Below the pieces are notes generated by a model. It saw only the letters and a program-made list of their open reading frames with translations, was not told the DNA's origin and did not search any database. 52,754 nucleotides of DNA, from positions 1 through 52,754 of the forward strand of contig JAYENX010000003.1 in the NCBI GenBank assembly GCA_034722435.1, written 5' to 3'. Origin of the DNA: Nanobdellota archaeon (GTDB lineage: Archaea; Nanobdellota; Nanobdellia; Woesearchaeales; JAHWHD01). This document shows, piece by piece, positions 28,562-37,662 of the stretch (positions within the stretch are counted from its first letter, which is position 1; every line of letters starts with the position of its first letter). The translations under genes were made by a program, and so were the position numbers.

Positions 28562-28804
28562 TCAATGACTTCTATAATAGATATAATATCCTAGAAGGCC
28601 GAATAGTCCGAAAATGAATCCAAGTACGTAAGCTAAACCTGGACTGGATTTAATTCTTACAGCCCATTTATAACATAGACTTGCACAGCCCATACCTATG
28701 AGTCCACTTAGGATAACTCGTGGTGATTTGGTAAGAATTAGGCTTACAATTATAATCACTACAACAATTCCGTTGTACTGCATAGGTGTGTTTTCACTTG
28801 TCAT
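28562..28804 (-). CDS. Small membrane protein
   Basis: 80 aa, three hydrophobic segments. Confidence 0.55.
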   Translation of the reverse strand: MTSENTPMQYNGIVVVIIIVSLILTKSPRVILSGLIGMGCASLCYKWAVRIKSSPGLAYVLGFIFGLFGLLGYYIYYRSH

Positions 28805-28861
28805 GATTGTGTTAAGTGTTTCTTTTTTTATAAAGGTTATTGATACGTAATCGAATAATAA

Positions 28862-29002
28862 TTATATCTCTTCAAGAATGTGTTTTTTTAATACCATTGT
28901 TCCTTTTCTGCCGCAGTAAGGGCATTGGTTAAAGGGTACTTTTTTTGTTCTATCTTTTGGTTCTACAATAAAATTGCATTTAGTACATCTGAATTTGACC
29001 AT
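28862..29002 (-). CDS. 46-aa Zn-ribbon protein (not in ORF track)
   Basis: Manual translation MVKFRCTKCNFIVEPKDRTKKVPFNQCPYCGRKGTMVLKKHILEEI*. Confidence 0.7.
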   Translation of the reverse strand: MVKFRCTKCNFIVEPKDRTKKVPFNQCPYCGRKGTMVLKKHILEEI

Positions 29003-29052
29003 GGAGAAGTTTAATGAATACAGATATTTAAATCTTGTGAAAAATATGTTTA

Positions 29053-29910
29053 TTATCCCTGTTTTCTTTCTAAAGCGAGTGTAGCTTTTAGAGCTGTGAT
29101 TGCTACTTCCATTTGGGCTTTATCAGGCTCTTTAGTGGTTATTTTTTGTATGCTTAAACCTGGTGCACTAAGAATTTTGATAAACCAATTATGTCTGTAT
29201 GTGCCTGCGAATTTTAGGAACTCGAATGAGATTCCTGCTACTACAGGGATTAGTATTATTCTTGCAACGAATCTAGTTAATAAACTGTCAGTAATAATTA
29301 TTGAAAAAAGGATGATGCTTATGATTAAAACTATTACTAAAAAAGCTGTTCCGCATCTTGGATGAAGTGTAGAATATTTTTTTACGTTTTTTACTTTTAA
29401 TGTTTCATTATTCTCGTAACAGTTTACAGCTTTATGTTCTGCACCGTGGTATTGGAATATTCTTCTTACATCTTTCATGAGTGAGATTGCTAGAATATAT
29501 GCTACAAATATTCCAATTCGTATAACTCCATCAATTATGTTAAAAATAACTCCTTTATCAACTGTGATTAGTTTTGTGAGGTATAGCGGGAGAGCAATGA
29601 AAAATAAAATTCCAAATAAAAAAGATACTCCAATTACGAAAGCGATGTCTTTTCCTTTGATTTCTTCATCGATGCCTGTTGCTTGGTTAGCTGACCAGGT
29701 GAGTGCTTTTATTCCCATGACAAGTGCATCAACTAGACTTATTATACCCCTTATGAAAGGTAATCTAAATGGTTTTTTCATGCGTCTAATACGTTCTTTT
29801 TTAGTTACAATTTTCCCGTCTTCGTTTCGCACGCTAATGACTAGATGGTTTGGTGAGCGCATCATAACTCCTTCAATTACGGCTTGTCCTCCAACTTCGC
29901 AATGACTCAT
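29053..29910 (-). CDS. DUF1385 (YqhQ-like) membrane protein
   Basis: GGQAVIEGVMMR, FQYHGAEHK, HPRCGTAF, ITTKEP. Confidence 0.9.
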   Translation of the reverse strand: MSHCEVGGQAVIEGVMMRSPNHLVISVRNEDGKIVTKKERIRRMKKPFRLPFIRGIISLVDALVMGIKALTWSANQATGIDEEIKGKDIAFVIGVSFLFGILFFIALPLYLTKLITVDKGVIFNIIDGVIRIGIFVAYILAISLMKDVRRIFQYHGAEHKAVNCYENNETLKVKNVKKYSTLHPRCGTAFLVIVLIISIILFSIIITDSLLTRFVARIILIPVVAGISFEFLKFAGTYRHNWFIKILSAPGLSIQKITTKEPDKAQMEVAITALKATLALERKQG

Positions 29911-29968
29911 GAAGTTCTAGTTTTACCCTGGATTATAAAAATCTTTTCATCACTATCTAAAAGGTGCA

Positions 29969-30041
29969 TTTTCTCGTCGAGGCCCCGACGGTAAAAAAAC
30001 GAAACATTTAAATACTAAATGCGCTATTATTGACGATAAAC
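29969..30041. promoter_or_regulatory. TCGTCG-palindrome sites around the BRE/TATA of the Lys-rich gene
   Basis: ttttctcgtcgagg, ccgacggtaaaa, then cgaaacatttaaata, then ttattgacgataaa. Confidence 0.45.
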
Positions 30042-30090
30042 AGATAATTCTGTTGAAAATAAATAAAAAAATTCGAGAGGGTGAATAACT

Positions 30091-30288
30091 ATGGCACAAA
30101 AAGTAGCAAAAGTTGGAATTAAAAAAGAATCTGGATATCTATATTTTGTAGATAAGCAAGGAGATATCTCTAGAGCTAAAATGGCAAGAGGCGGCAAGAA
30201 GAAGAAAGCAGCAAAGAAAAAGAAAGTTGCTAAGAAGAAAAAAGTCGTTAAAAAGAAAAAAGTTGCTAAAAAGAAAAAGAGAAGGTAA
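30091..30288 (+). CDS. Small basic protein with Lys-rich tail, possible chromatin protein
   Basis: KVGIKKESGYLYFVDKQGDISRAKMARGG plus KKKKVAKKKK repeats; strong RBS. Confidence 0.65.
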   Translation: MAQKVAKVGIKKESGYLYFVDKQGDISRAKMARGGKKKKAAKKKKVAKKKKVVKKKKVAKKKKRR

Positions 30289-30339
30289 TTTTTAGTTCTT
30301 TGATTTTTTTTATTTTTTTATTTTATTAAAATAGATAAA

Positions 30340-31269
30340 TTATGTTAATATTTCAATTCTGTTGTTTTTACTGATTTTAAACATTTCAGAACCAACACCT
30401 TTACCTACAAAGAAAGATTGTTTTGACATTATTGACGAGAATACATCCAGGATAGATGTTCTTCTTTTATATTCTATAAAATTTATTTTTGTGGTGTTAA
30501 GTTCTTGTTCAAGAATTGTTTTTGCAGTATCTTTGTCCCCTAATATGTCTACTAGGCCTAGTTCTAGAGCGTCGAATCCAATAAAGAATTCGCCTGTAGC
30601 AAGTTCGGCTGCTTTAGTTTTGTCTATACCTCGGTTTTTTGCAACTTCTGATACAAAATAGTTATGTATTGAATCTAGTTGTCCTTGGAGTTTTTGTTCT
30701 TCATCGTTTGTAAGTTGTTTAAATGGGGATCCTATGTCTTTGTATTTGCCTGATATCATTCTTTGATATGTTATGTTATATTTGTCAAATAGGCCTGAGA
30801 ATTCTAGGTATGAACTTATAACTCCTATTGAGCCTACTATGCTTAAGTCGTTGGCTACGATTTTATCGCAAGCACTTGCGACCCAATATGCTCCAGAAAC
30901 TCCTGCCTCTCTTATCACTGCGATTTTTAATTTTTTAACTTTTTTAATCCTGTCAGCAATTTCTTTTGAAGCAACAGCTGTCCCGCCTGGTGAGTTTATT
31001 TCAAATATTATGGCTTTAATATTTTGATCCTTATCTGCTTCGTCAATAAACCTTATTATTTCGGTTGATGATGTACCTTCGCTTGAGAGAATGCCTTCGC
31101 TAGCACCTACAGATATTGGTCCTGTTATGTAAATGGTGGCTACATCGCTTCCAAGAAAAGATTTATGGTTGTTTGATAATGCGGCAAGGATTATGATTGT
31201 TCCAATTATCGCTAGAACCAGAATTCCTATGATAAGTTTGCCAGATATTGTTTTTTTCTTTTTTGGCAT
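30340..31269 (-). CDS. sppA: Signal peptide peptidase SppA (S49)
   Basis: INSPGGTAVASKEI, SGAYWVASA, GSIGVI, GKYKDIGSP. Confidence 0.92.
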   Translation of the reverse strand: MPKKKKTISGKLIIGILVLAIIGTIIILAALSNNHKSFLGSDVATIYITGPISVGASEGILSSEGTSSTEIIRFIDEADKDQNIKAIIFEINSPGGTAVASKEIADRIKKVKKLKIAVIREAGVSGAYWVASACDKIVANDLSIVGSIGVISSYLEFSGLFDKYNITYQRMISGKYKDIGSPFKQLTNDEEQKLQGQLDSIHNYFVSEVAKNRGIDKTKAAELATGEFFIGFDALELGLVDILGDKDTAKTILEQELNTTKINFIEYKRRTSILDVFSSIMSKQSFFVGKGVGSEMFKISKNNRIEILT

Positions 31270-31354
31270 ATTTAATTTCTTAACCTCTTTTTGTATAATT
31301 ATTATTTTAATACTATATAAAGATAGTGTTGGATAATGCTTTGTAGAAAGTATT

Positions 31355-32029
31355 TTATTTAGAATAGAATCCTGTGATGCATCCGGAAGCTTCCCAAAGA
31401 TTGGTTACAATAAAATCTGCAGATTTCTCTGCGCCCGCATGGTTCTTATGTTGTATGAATTTAATATTTACTTTGAGAATTTGTGAAAGATAATTTCTTA
31501 GTTTAACATCTATAGCATTATCCCCTAGCATCCAGATATCTCCTCCTTTGTAGCCAAGTTCTTGGAGTAATTTTAATGCGAGGATAGGTCCGGGTTTAAC
31601 CAAGCCAGGACTCATGGATTCTTTCCAATATTGGTATGCGTCAAATTTATCTTCTAGTCCTAGAGAGATAAGCTCGTACATAGCGTGTGGATTATCGCTT
31701 AATATTCCTGTTTTGAATCCTAAACGTTTCGTAGTTTCAATAAAATGGTCTGTTCCTGGATATTTTTTAATTTTTTTTTGTTTTGCGAGTTCAATAGTTC
31801 CTTCTAAGGTTTCTCGGGGATCGAATTCTCTGAATGTTTCCCAGAATGTATTAAAACTAACACCTAACCTTGAGATAAAGGGGTGGTAATCAAAAGTGGT
31901 ATCTTTGATAGTTATATATTTGTGACCTAATGCATGTGCTGTCTTGACTGTAGCTTCGAGATAAAAATCTTCTATAGAGATTAATGATTGATCAAGATCG
32001 CAAATTAAACACCCTTTAGTTTGTTTCAT
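31355..32029 (-). CDS. HAD-superfamily hydrolase
   Basis: ICDLDQSL, ILSDN, KPGP, MLGDNAID. Confidence 0.78.
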   Translation of the reverse strand: MKQTKGCLICDLDQSLISIEDFYLEATVKTAHALGHKYITIKDTTFDYHPFISRLGVSFNTFWETFREFDPRETLEGTIELAKQKKIKKYPGTDHFIETTKRLGFKTGILSDNPHAMYELISLGLEDKFDAYQYWKESMSPGLVKPGPILALKLLQELGYKGGDIWMLGDNAIDVKLRNYLSQILKVNIKFIQHKNHAGAEKSADFIVTNLWEASGCITGFYSK

Positions 32030-32101
32030 TTTTTTGTTGATGTTTTGGTTGTAATAAAAACCTTATGCAAACCTTTATAAATATTCATAGAGTTTTATAC
32101 T

Positions 32102-32449
32102 TTGATGAGTAAGAAAAAAGACGAATTAGCAAAACAGGAAAAACTTGCACAAGAGATTAAAAGAATCAGAATGCCAAAGGGTACAGAAGTTCTTGGAATT
32201 GTTGAGAAACGATTAGGCGGTTCAAGGATGTATGTTAGATGTCTTGATGGTAAAGTTAGGATTTGCAGAATTCCTGGAAGGTTACAAAGAAGGCTTTGGG
32301 TAAGAGAGGGTAACATTGTTATTGCTGAGCCTTGGGAACTTGGCGGAGAAACTAAAGGTGATATTGTTTATAAATATAGACCGTCGCAAGTAGATTTTCT
32401 GAAGAAGCGTGGTATGCTTAAATTGTTAGATGATTTTGAAGAATTTTAA
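32102..32449 (+). CDS. eif1a: Translation initiation factor aIF-1A
   Basis: EKRLGGSRMYVRCLDGKVRICRIPGRL..RLWVREG, KGDIVYKY. Confidence 0.96.
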   Translation: MMSKKKDELAKQEKLAQEIKRIRMPKGTEVLGIVEKRLGGSRMYVRCLDGKVRICRIPGRLQRRLWVREGNIVIAEPWELGGETKGDIVYKYRPSQVDFLKKRGMLKLLDDFEEF

Positions 32450-32552
32450 GTAATCTTTTCAATATATATTTTCTATTAATTACTACTTTATAATAGAAAT
32501 TCTTATAAACTCTTACTATTCTGAGTTTACTATTAAATTAGAGGGTGGTTAT

Positions 32553-33155
32553 ATGGGAAGAGATGGATTTTTTACTGTTTTTATGGATGTTCTTTTGATA
32601 ATCTTATTTTTAGCACTTGGTAGAATGATATTTAATCTGACAGGTGTTGATGAAGTAAGACATCTGGCAATAATGTTTGTTCTGATGCTGTTCGCTGCTT
32701 TTTCGTTAATTGGCGCGTACAGAGAAAGTAGAACTTCGTGGGGAGTTTTAATGTTTATAGTGATACTTGCATTTATTCAAATATTTTGGGTTTATTTCAT
32801 GGCAAAAATTCACTTTGTACTTTTTGTGCTGTTAATATTGTTTACATTGGTTACTTTTGGTGTGACTGTAATCAAGGTTGTTGCAGGCAAGGATGAAGAT
32901 GAAGATTTTGATATACCTGATTTTCCAGAAAATACTGAGGATACAGGAGCTACTGTAGAAGAAATATTACCTGAACATTCAGTAGTTCTAAAAACTACAG
33001 AACCTGGTAAATATTTGGCAAGTAAGACTGGAACAACGTATCATGCGCCTAAATGTGAGTGGGCAAAACGTATCAAAAAAGCGAACAGAGTTTGGCTTGA
33101 TTCTGATAAAGAGGCTAAGAAGAAAGGTTATAAGAAGCATGATTGTTTGAAGTAA
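32553..33155 (+). CDS. Four-TM protein with C-terminal Ada metal-binding-like domain
   Basis: YLASKTGTTYHAPKCEWAKRIK..EAKKKGYKKHDC. Confidence 0.65.
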   Translation: MGRDGFFTVFMDVLLIILFLALGRMIFNLTGVDEVRHLAIMFVLMLFAAFSLIGAYRESRTSWGVLMFIVILAFIQIFWVYFMAKIHFVLFVLLILFTLVTFGVTVIKVVAGKDEDEDFDIPDFPENTEDTGATVEEILPEHSVVLKTTEPGKYLASKTGTTYHAPKCEWAKRIKKANRVWLDSDKEAKKKGYKKHDCLK

Positions 33156-33251
33156 ATCTTATTTTTATTTTATTTTTTTAATATTTATCTTGTTTTAAAA
33201 TTCTAAGTTGTTTGAATTTATATTTTAGTTTATTTATTTTTAATTTATTTA

Positions 33252-33662
33252 TTATTTTTCTCGTATTATCCAGATGATTAATCCTATAATACCTATACTT
33301 AAAGCGGAATCCGCTATATTGAAAGAGGGCCAGAATCCAATACTGATAAAGTCAATTACGTATCCGAAGAATAGTCTATCAACAAGGTTTCCTAGAAGGC
33401 CTCCAAGTACGAGTCCGGTGAAAGTTTGGTAAGAAGTTGTTTTTGGGATCTTCTTATAATAATATATAATACCTGCAAGTATTGCAAATGAGACAATAAT
33501 AAGGAATATTGTTTGGTTTTGGAGTATGCCGAAGCCTGCTCCATAATTTTTGATAAAATTGGTGCTAGAAGTTCTTATCCAATATTTTGAAATTTGGTCC
33601 GTGATAAATATTGTTACTGCGCTTAAAATAAATGCTTTAGAAATATTTTTCATGTTTTTCAC
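33252..33662 (-). CDS. lspA: Lipoprotein signal peptidase II
   Basis: [25 protein letters not shown] and FNIADS (both catalytic Asp). Confidence 0.93.
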   Translation of the reverse strand: MKNMKNISKAFILSAVTIFITDQISKYWIRTSSTNFIKNYGAGFGILQNQTIFLIIVSFAILAGIIYYYKKIPKTTSYQTFTGLVLGGLLGNLVDRLFFGYVIDFISIGFWPSFNIADSALSIGIIGLIIWIIREK

Positions 33663-33966
33663 CAGATGCGATTCTTTCTATGTTTGTTAAGCGTTGGTTA
33701 ATAGCATCTAGAGTTGCTCTTAGTCCATCAAGTTTAGCAGATATTAATTCAAGATCTTTGTTAATTATTTGAGGTTCTCGTTGATGGGGGTTTTGTTGCG
33801 GGGGTCTGTTGAAGTCCATAGCGGGCATTTGCATAGGATTTTCAGATTCAAACCTTTGTGGAGGACTTTCAATGCTTGGTTCGTGTATATTTTCTCCTGG
33901 AATTCGTGGTTCATTGAATGGGAATTCGGGTTCTTTATGTTTTTTTAGAAAATCAAAAAATGCCAT
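33637..33966 (-). CDS. Hypothetical protein (Pro/Gln-rich, C-terminal coiled coil)
   Basis: [31 protein letters not shown]; overlaps the lspA start. Confidence 0.65.
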   Translation of the reverse strand: MAFFDFLKKHKEPEFPFNEPRIPGENIHEPSIESPPQRFESENPMQMPAMDFNRPPQQNPHQREPQIINKDLELISAKLDGLRATLDAINQRLTNIERIASGEKHEKYF

Positions 33967-33970
33967 GTGT

Positions 33971-34723
33971 CTATCCTCCGTTTAATTTTCCCATGGCACT
34001 TTCTAAAATGCCAATAGGTAAATACTTTGCAACTTTGAAAATTATAGTTTCAGGGTATGCTTTTATGTTTCTTTCTCTTACTTGTTTAGCAAGTAAAAGA
34101 GTTCCTTCTTCTTTTATTTTTTCGTTAACCATCATAGTGAAAAGTATGCCTTTCATTTCATAATCTTTTTTAATTTGTGTGATTAGATTTGCAAAAACTG
34201 TATCTTGATAAGTGCCTGTTTTTTCTGCAAGTGAACCCGAGAAATCTATTAAAGTTTTTTTGGATTTTATAATTTCAATAATTTCTTCAGTTGTAAAGTT
34301 TGCAATATAAGTGCCAAGGTCAACTTCAAGATGTTCAAAATCAAACATTTCTTCTTTTACAAAGAATATTTTGTAATCTTTTCCCAGGATTGATTGAAGA
34401 TCTTGATCTTTATAATAATCGTTAAAGGAATCAATTTCTGTTTTATTAAGTATGTATGGAGCTTCGCCTTTAGGGTTAGCAAATTTTGCTTTGAAGCCTG
34501 TTTCTATTTTTAAATCTTGAAGAAGGAATATGCTGTCTGATGTTATAATGTTGGCTTGAAGGTGTACACTATCTGAATAAAGATAGAGGCCAAAGCCTAC
34601 AACAACAATAATTATAATTACGCTAGTGATAAGTAATGCTTTTACGAATTTTCTTAGCATCCAGAGACCTAGGCCAATTATTGCGATTACAATAATAACT
34701 CCTACTATCCAATTTAAAACCAT
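33971..34723 (-). CDS. Hypothetical membrane-anchored protein
   Basis: Two N-terminal TMs, 250 aa. Confidence 0.6.
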   Translation of the reverse strand: MVLNWIVGVIIVIAIIGLGLWMLRKFVKALLITSVIIIIVVVGFGLYLYSDSVHLQANIITSDSIFLLQDLKIETGFKAKFANPKGEAPYILNKTEIDSFNDYYKDQDLQSILGKDYKIFFVKEEMFDFEHLEVDLGTYIANFTTEEIIEIIKSKKTLIDFSGSLAEKTGTYQDTVFANLITQIKKDYEMKGILFTMMVNEKIKEEGTLLLAKQVRERNIKAYPETIIFKVAKYLPIGILESAMGKLNGG

Positions 34724-34758
34724 GGTGTAATTTATGGGTTTAAGGTATTTAAAGGTTT

Positions 34759-34917
34759 AGTTTTTATAGTGTTAATATGAAACCCTCTCGCTCACAGCAT
34801 TCGTTTTATTCATTTAATTAATTACGAATGCGTCTTTCTGTCTTACGAATAAATAACGTGTTCGCTGGCCGAGTTAGGCAAGGGTTTCATATTAGCAGTT
34901 TTTATAGTGTTAATATG
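34759..34917. repeat. Exact 21-bp direct repeat (34759..34779 and 34897..34917) bracketing structured element copy 3
   Basis: agtttttatagtgttaatatg read twice. Confidence 0.9.
34771..34896 (+). ncRNA. Structured intergenic element, copy 3 of 3 (diverged)
   Basis: 16-bp closing stem gttaatatgaaaccct/agggtttcatattagc; hairpin gcattcgt/acgaatgc; 3' core aataac..tcgctggccga.gttaggcaagggttt. Confidence 0.5.
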
Positions 34918-34973
34918 TGTATTATTTTTGATTTGCATTACTTTTATATACTTATTTTTCTTTATTTCATTTT

Positions 34974-36968
34974 ATGAATCTAAAAATCCTTCCTTTGATT
35001 GTATTTACTTTATTCTTAGCTTCTTTAGTTGCAGCCCAAGGTACGTGGTATTATGATGCTAAAGAATTAATTATTAGTACAGGAATACAATCAAGTTTGA
35101 CTATTGATAGAGAATCTGGAGCAAATGTTGATTATATTCTGGCAAATGTAACTTTTGTGCCTAAAGATAGGATGGACCAAGATGTTTTAAGTAGAGATTT
35201 AAATCCTGAGGCTTATGAAGAGGGAGGGAGCTATGTTTTTAGATGGGACGATCCTTCAGAAAATGAACTATATTTTAGTGTGGCGACTAAAATACGTATA
35301 AAAAATAGTATTAAAAAAGTTTCAGATAAAGTTATTTTCCCTGTAAATCATGTTCCTGATGACATTAAACAATTTCTTGAAGCAACTGATAATATTGATA
35401 TTACTCCTGAAATAATTCAGCAATCTTCTTCGCTCGCAGCTGGTAAAGATGATCTTTATGATGTTGTGTTTGAATTAGCTAAATGGACTAAACAAAATAT
35501 TGAATATGATCTGAGTACGATTACTGCAGATGTAAGTCAACCATCAAGTTGGGTTTTTAGAACTAGAATCGGTGTTTGTGATGAATTAACAAATTTGTTT
35601 ATTTCTATGTGTAGATCTTTAGGTATTCCTGCAAGGTTTATATCAGGGATTGCATATACTGAATCTCCAGAGTTTCCTCAAAATTGGGGTGCGCATGGAT
35701 GGGCTGAGGTTTATTTCCCTAATTTTGGTTGGATTCCTTTTGATCCTACATATGGTGAGTTTGGGTATGTAGACCCTACGCATCTTGTTTTACAAGAGTC
35801 TGTAGATAGTCAGAAGGCTGCCACTTATTATGAATGGCGAGGTAATGATTTTGAAATTAAAACTAAACAGCTTAAGATTGAGACAGAACTTGAATCTAGT
35901 TCAGGGATAGTGCCTGCGTTTATTTCACTGACTGCGAAATCTTTGTATGATGAAGTAGGTTTTGGGTCGTACAATTTAATAGAAGCAACTGTCAATAATC
36001 CTAATGAATTTTATATTGCAACAGAGTTAGGTATAAGTAAGTCGTCTGACCTTGAGATTGTTGGAGATGTTTATCAACAAATATTGTTGAAACCTTTTGA
36101 ATCGAAAGCTGTGATTTGGATTGTTAGGTTAAACGATGATTTTGATGAAGGATATATTTATACATTTCCTTTTGAAGTCTATTCTACAAGAAATTCAACA
36201 GCGTTGACAAGTTTTACTTCAACAGAACGAGATAAAGTTTATGGTTATAGTGATGTATTGACTTATTCTGAACAAAAGTTGCAAGAAGGTGAAAAATCTT
36301 ATTCTGCTTCGGTTGATTTATCTTGCGCTTTTGAAAAAAGTAATTATTTTTTAAATGAAAAAGCAAGAGTGGAGTGTGCGGTTCTTAATACAGGTAATAT
36401 TTTACTTTCAGATCTTGAAGTTTGTATAGAAAATAAATGCGAAATTGTTGAGTTAGGTATAACTCAGTCTAAAACAATTTTGAGTAATGTTGTGTTGAAA
36501 GAAGTAGGGAAACAGAGTTTTACAGCTACGCTTGAAAGTGATGAGGTTTCGAAGGTTTCGAATTTTGAAACTGTTGTTTTTGATGAACCTTCAATAAGAA
36601 TAATTGAGCTTAGTTTTCCTGAAAAAGTGAATTATGATGCTGAATTTATTGTGAGTTTCAAGCTTAAGAAGGATTCTTTATCTGTTCCTAAAACTATAGG
36701 TGTGATTTTAGAGAAGAATGGTCAGGAAAATTTGTGGGCATTTGATAGTCTAGAAAATGATAAGAGGTTTGAAATATCTTTTTTAGGTAAAGATCTTGTT
36801 GAGAATGATAATTCTTTTGATTTATCGATTGCTTATGAGGATGATTTTGGGAGGCGTTTTATTGATGATGTTTCTTTTGTAGTGGTCTTAGAAGATTTAA
36901 CAACTGTTCAGAAATTTAAGGCGTTTTTTAATAAAATTAGAATGTGGGTTGCAAAAATTTTTAATTAA
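34974..36968 (+). CDS. Secreted transglutaminase-domain protein
   Basis: Signal peptide; GVCDELTNLFISMCRSLGIPARF, HGWAEVY, WIPFDPT. Confidence 0.88.
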   Translation: MNLKILPLIVFTLFLASLVAAQGTWYYDAKELIISTGIQSSLTIDRESGANVDYILANVTFVPKDRMDQDVLSRDLNPEAYEEGGSYVFRWDDPSENELYFSVATKIRIKNSIKKVSDKVIFPVNHVPDDIKQFLEATDNIDITPEIIQQSSSLAAGKDDLYDVVFELAKWTKQNIEYDLSTITADVSQPSSWVFRTRIGVCDELTNLFISMCRSLGIPARFISGIAYTESPEFPQNWGAHGWAEVYFPNFGWIPFDPTYGEFGYVDPTHLVLQESVDSQKAATYYEWRGNDFEIKTKQLKIETELESSSGIVPAFISLTAKSLYDEVGFGSYNLIEATVNNPNEFYIATELGISKSSDLEIVGDVYQQILLKPFESKAVIWIVRLNDDFDEGYIYTFPFEVYSTRNSTALTSFTSTERDKVYGYSDVLTYSEQKLQEGEKSYSASVDLSCAFEKSNYFLNEKARVECAVLNTGNILLSDLEVCIENKCEIVELGITQSKTILSNVVLKEVGKQSFTATLESDEVSKVSNFETVVFDEPSIRIIELSFPEKVNYDAEFIVSFKLKKDSLSVPKTIGVILEKNGQENLWAFDSLENDKRFEISFLGKDLVENDNSFDLSIAYEDDFGRRFIDDVSFVVVLEDLTTVQKFKAFFNKIRMWVAKIFN

Positions 36969-36987
36969 AAAAAAATAAAAAAATAAC

Positions 36988-37344
36988 TTATCTTCTTCTT
37001 TTAGCTTTTTTCTTTTTAACAACTTTTTTCTTTGCAGTTTTTCTTTTAGTTGTTTTTTTCTTTTTAGCAACTTTTTTCTTTACTGTTCTCTTTTTAGTTG
37101 CTTTTTTCTTTTTAGCGACTTTTTTCTTTGTAGTTCTCTTCTTAGTTGCTTTTTTCTTTACTGCTTTCTTTTTAGTTGCTTTTTTCTTTTTAACAACTTT
37201 TTTCTTTGCAGTTTTTTTCTTAGTTGCTTTTTTCTTTACTGCTTTCTTTTTAACCGCTTTCTTCTTTACTGCTCTTTTTTTAACTGCTTTTTTCTTTACT
37301 ACTTTTTTTTTAGTGACTCTTTTCTTTTTAACTGCCATTAACAC
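36988..37344 (-). CDS. Histone-H1-like Lys/Ala/Val/Thr-rich protein (probable ATG 37338)
   Basis: Repeats of KKKAVKK/KKATKK; RBS gaggtga before the ATG. Confidence 0.75.
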   Translation of the reverse strand: MLMAVKKKRVTKKKVVKKKAVKKRAVKKKAVKKKAVKKKATKKKTAKKKVVKKKKATKKKAVKKKATKKRTTKKKVAKKKKATKKRTVKKKVAKKKKTTKRKTAKKKVVKKKKAKRRR

Positions 37345-37434
37345 TTCACCTCAGTTTTTTGTGTGTAAACACAAGTTAAGTTTATTTTGGTAGTTTTTAT
37401 TTAAAAAGGTTTCTATTTTTTTTGTTCATATTTG

Positions 37435-37546
37435 TTTCTCGTCGAGAAAAAAACCTGTTTTCTTTTTAAGTGAAATTTTCCTTTTTTTCATTTTTTTCAG
37501 ATATAAAATTTAATTGTTGGATTATTTCTTTTTTATCGTCGGTATA
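37435..37546. promoter_or_regulatory. Two TCGTCG-palindrome sites between divergent genes
   Basis: tttctcg-t-cgagaaa (37435..37449, perfect) and ttttatcgtcggtata (37531..37546). Confidence 0.45.
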
Positions 37547-37662
37547 ATGTTTGATTGTTTGTTTTTAATAGTTTTTTAGGTTTTAGTTATTTTCAAATAT
37601 TTTTTGTTTTAATCATACAAAAAAACAAAATTTATAAACCTTGATTAACTATTTGAAAACTT

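Noticed and set aside
36988-37340. Repetitive DNA resembling a tandem or CRISPR array
   Set aside because: The repeats are degenerate codon repeats of a Lys-rich ORF, with no constant repeat-spacer period
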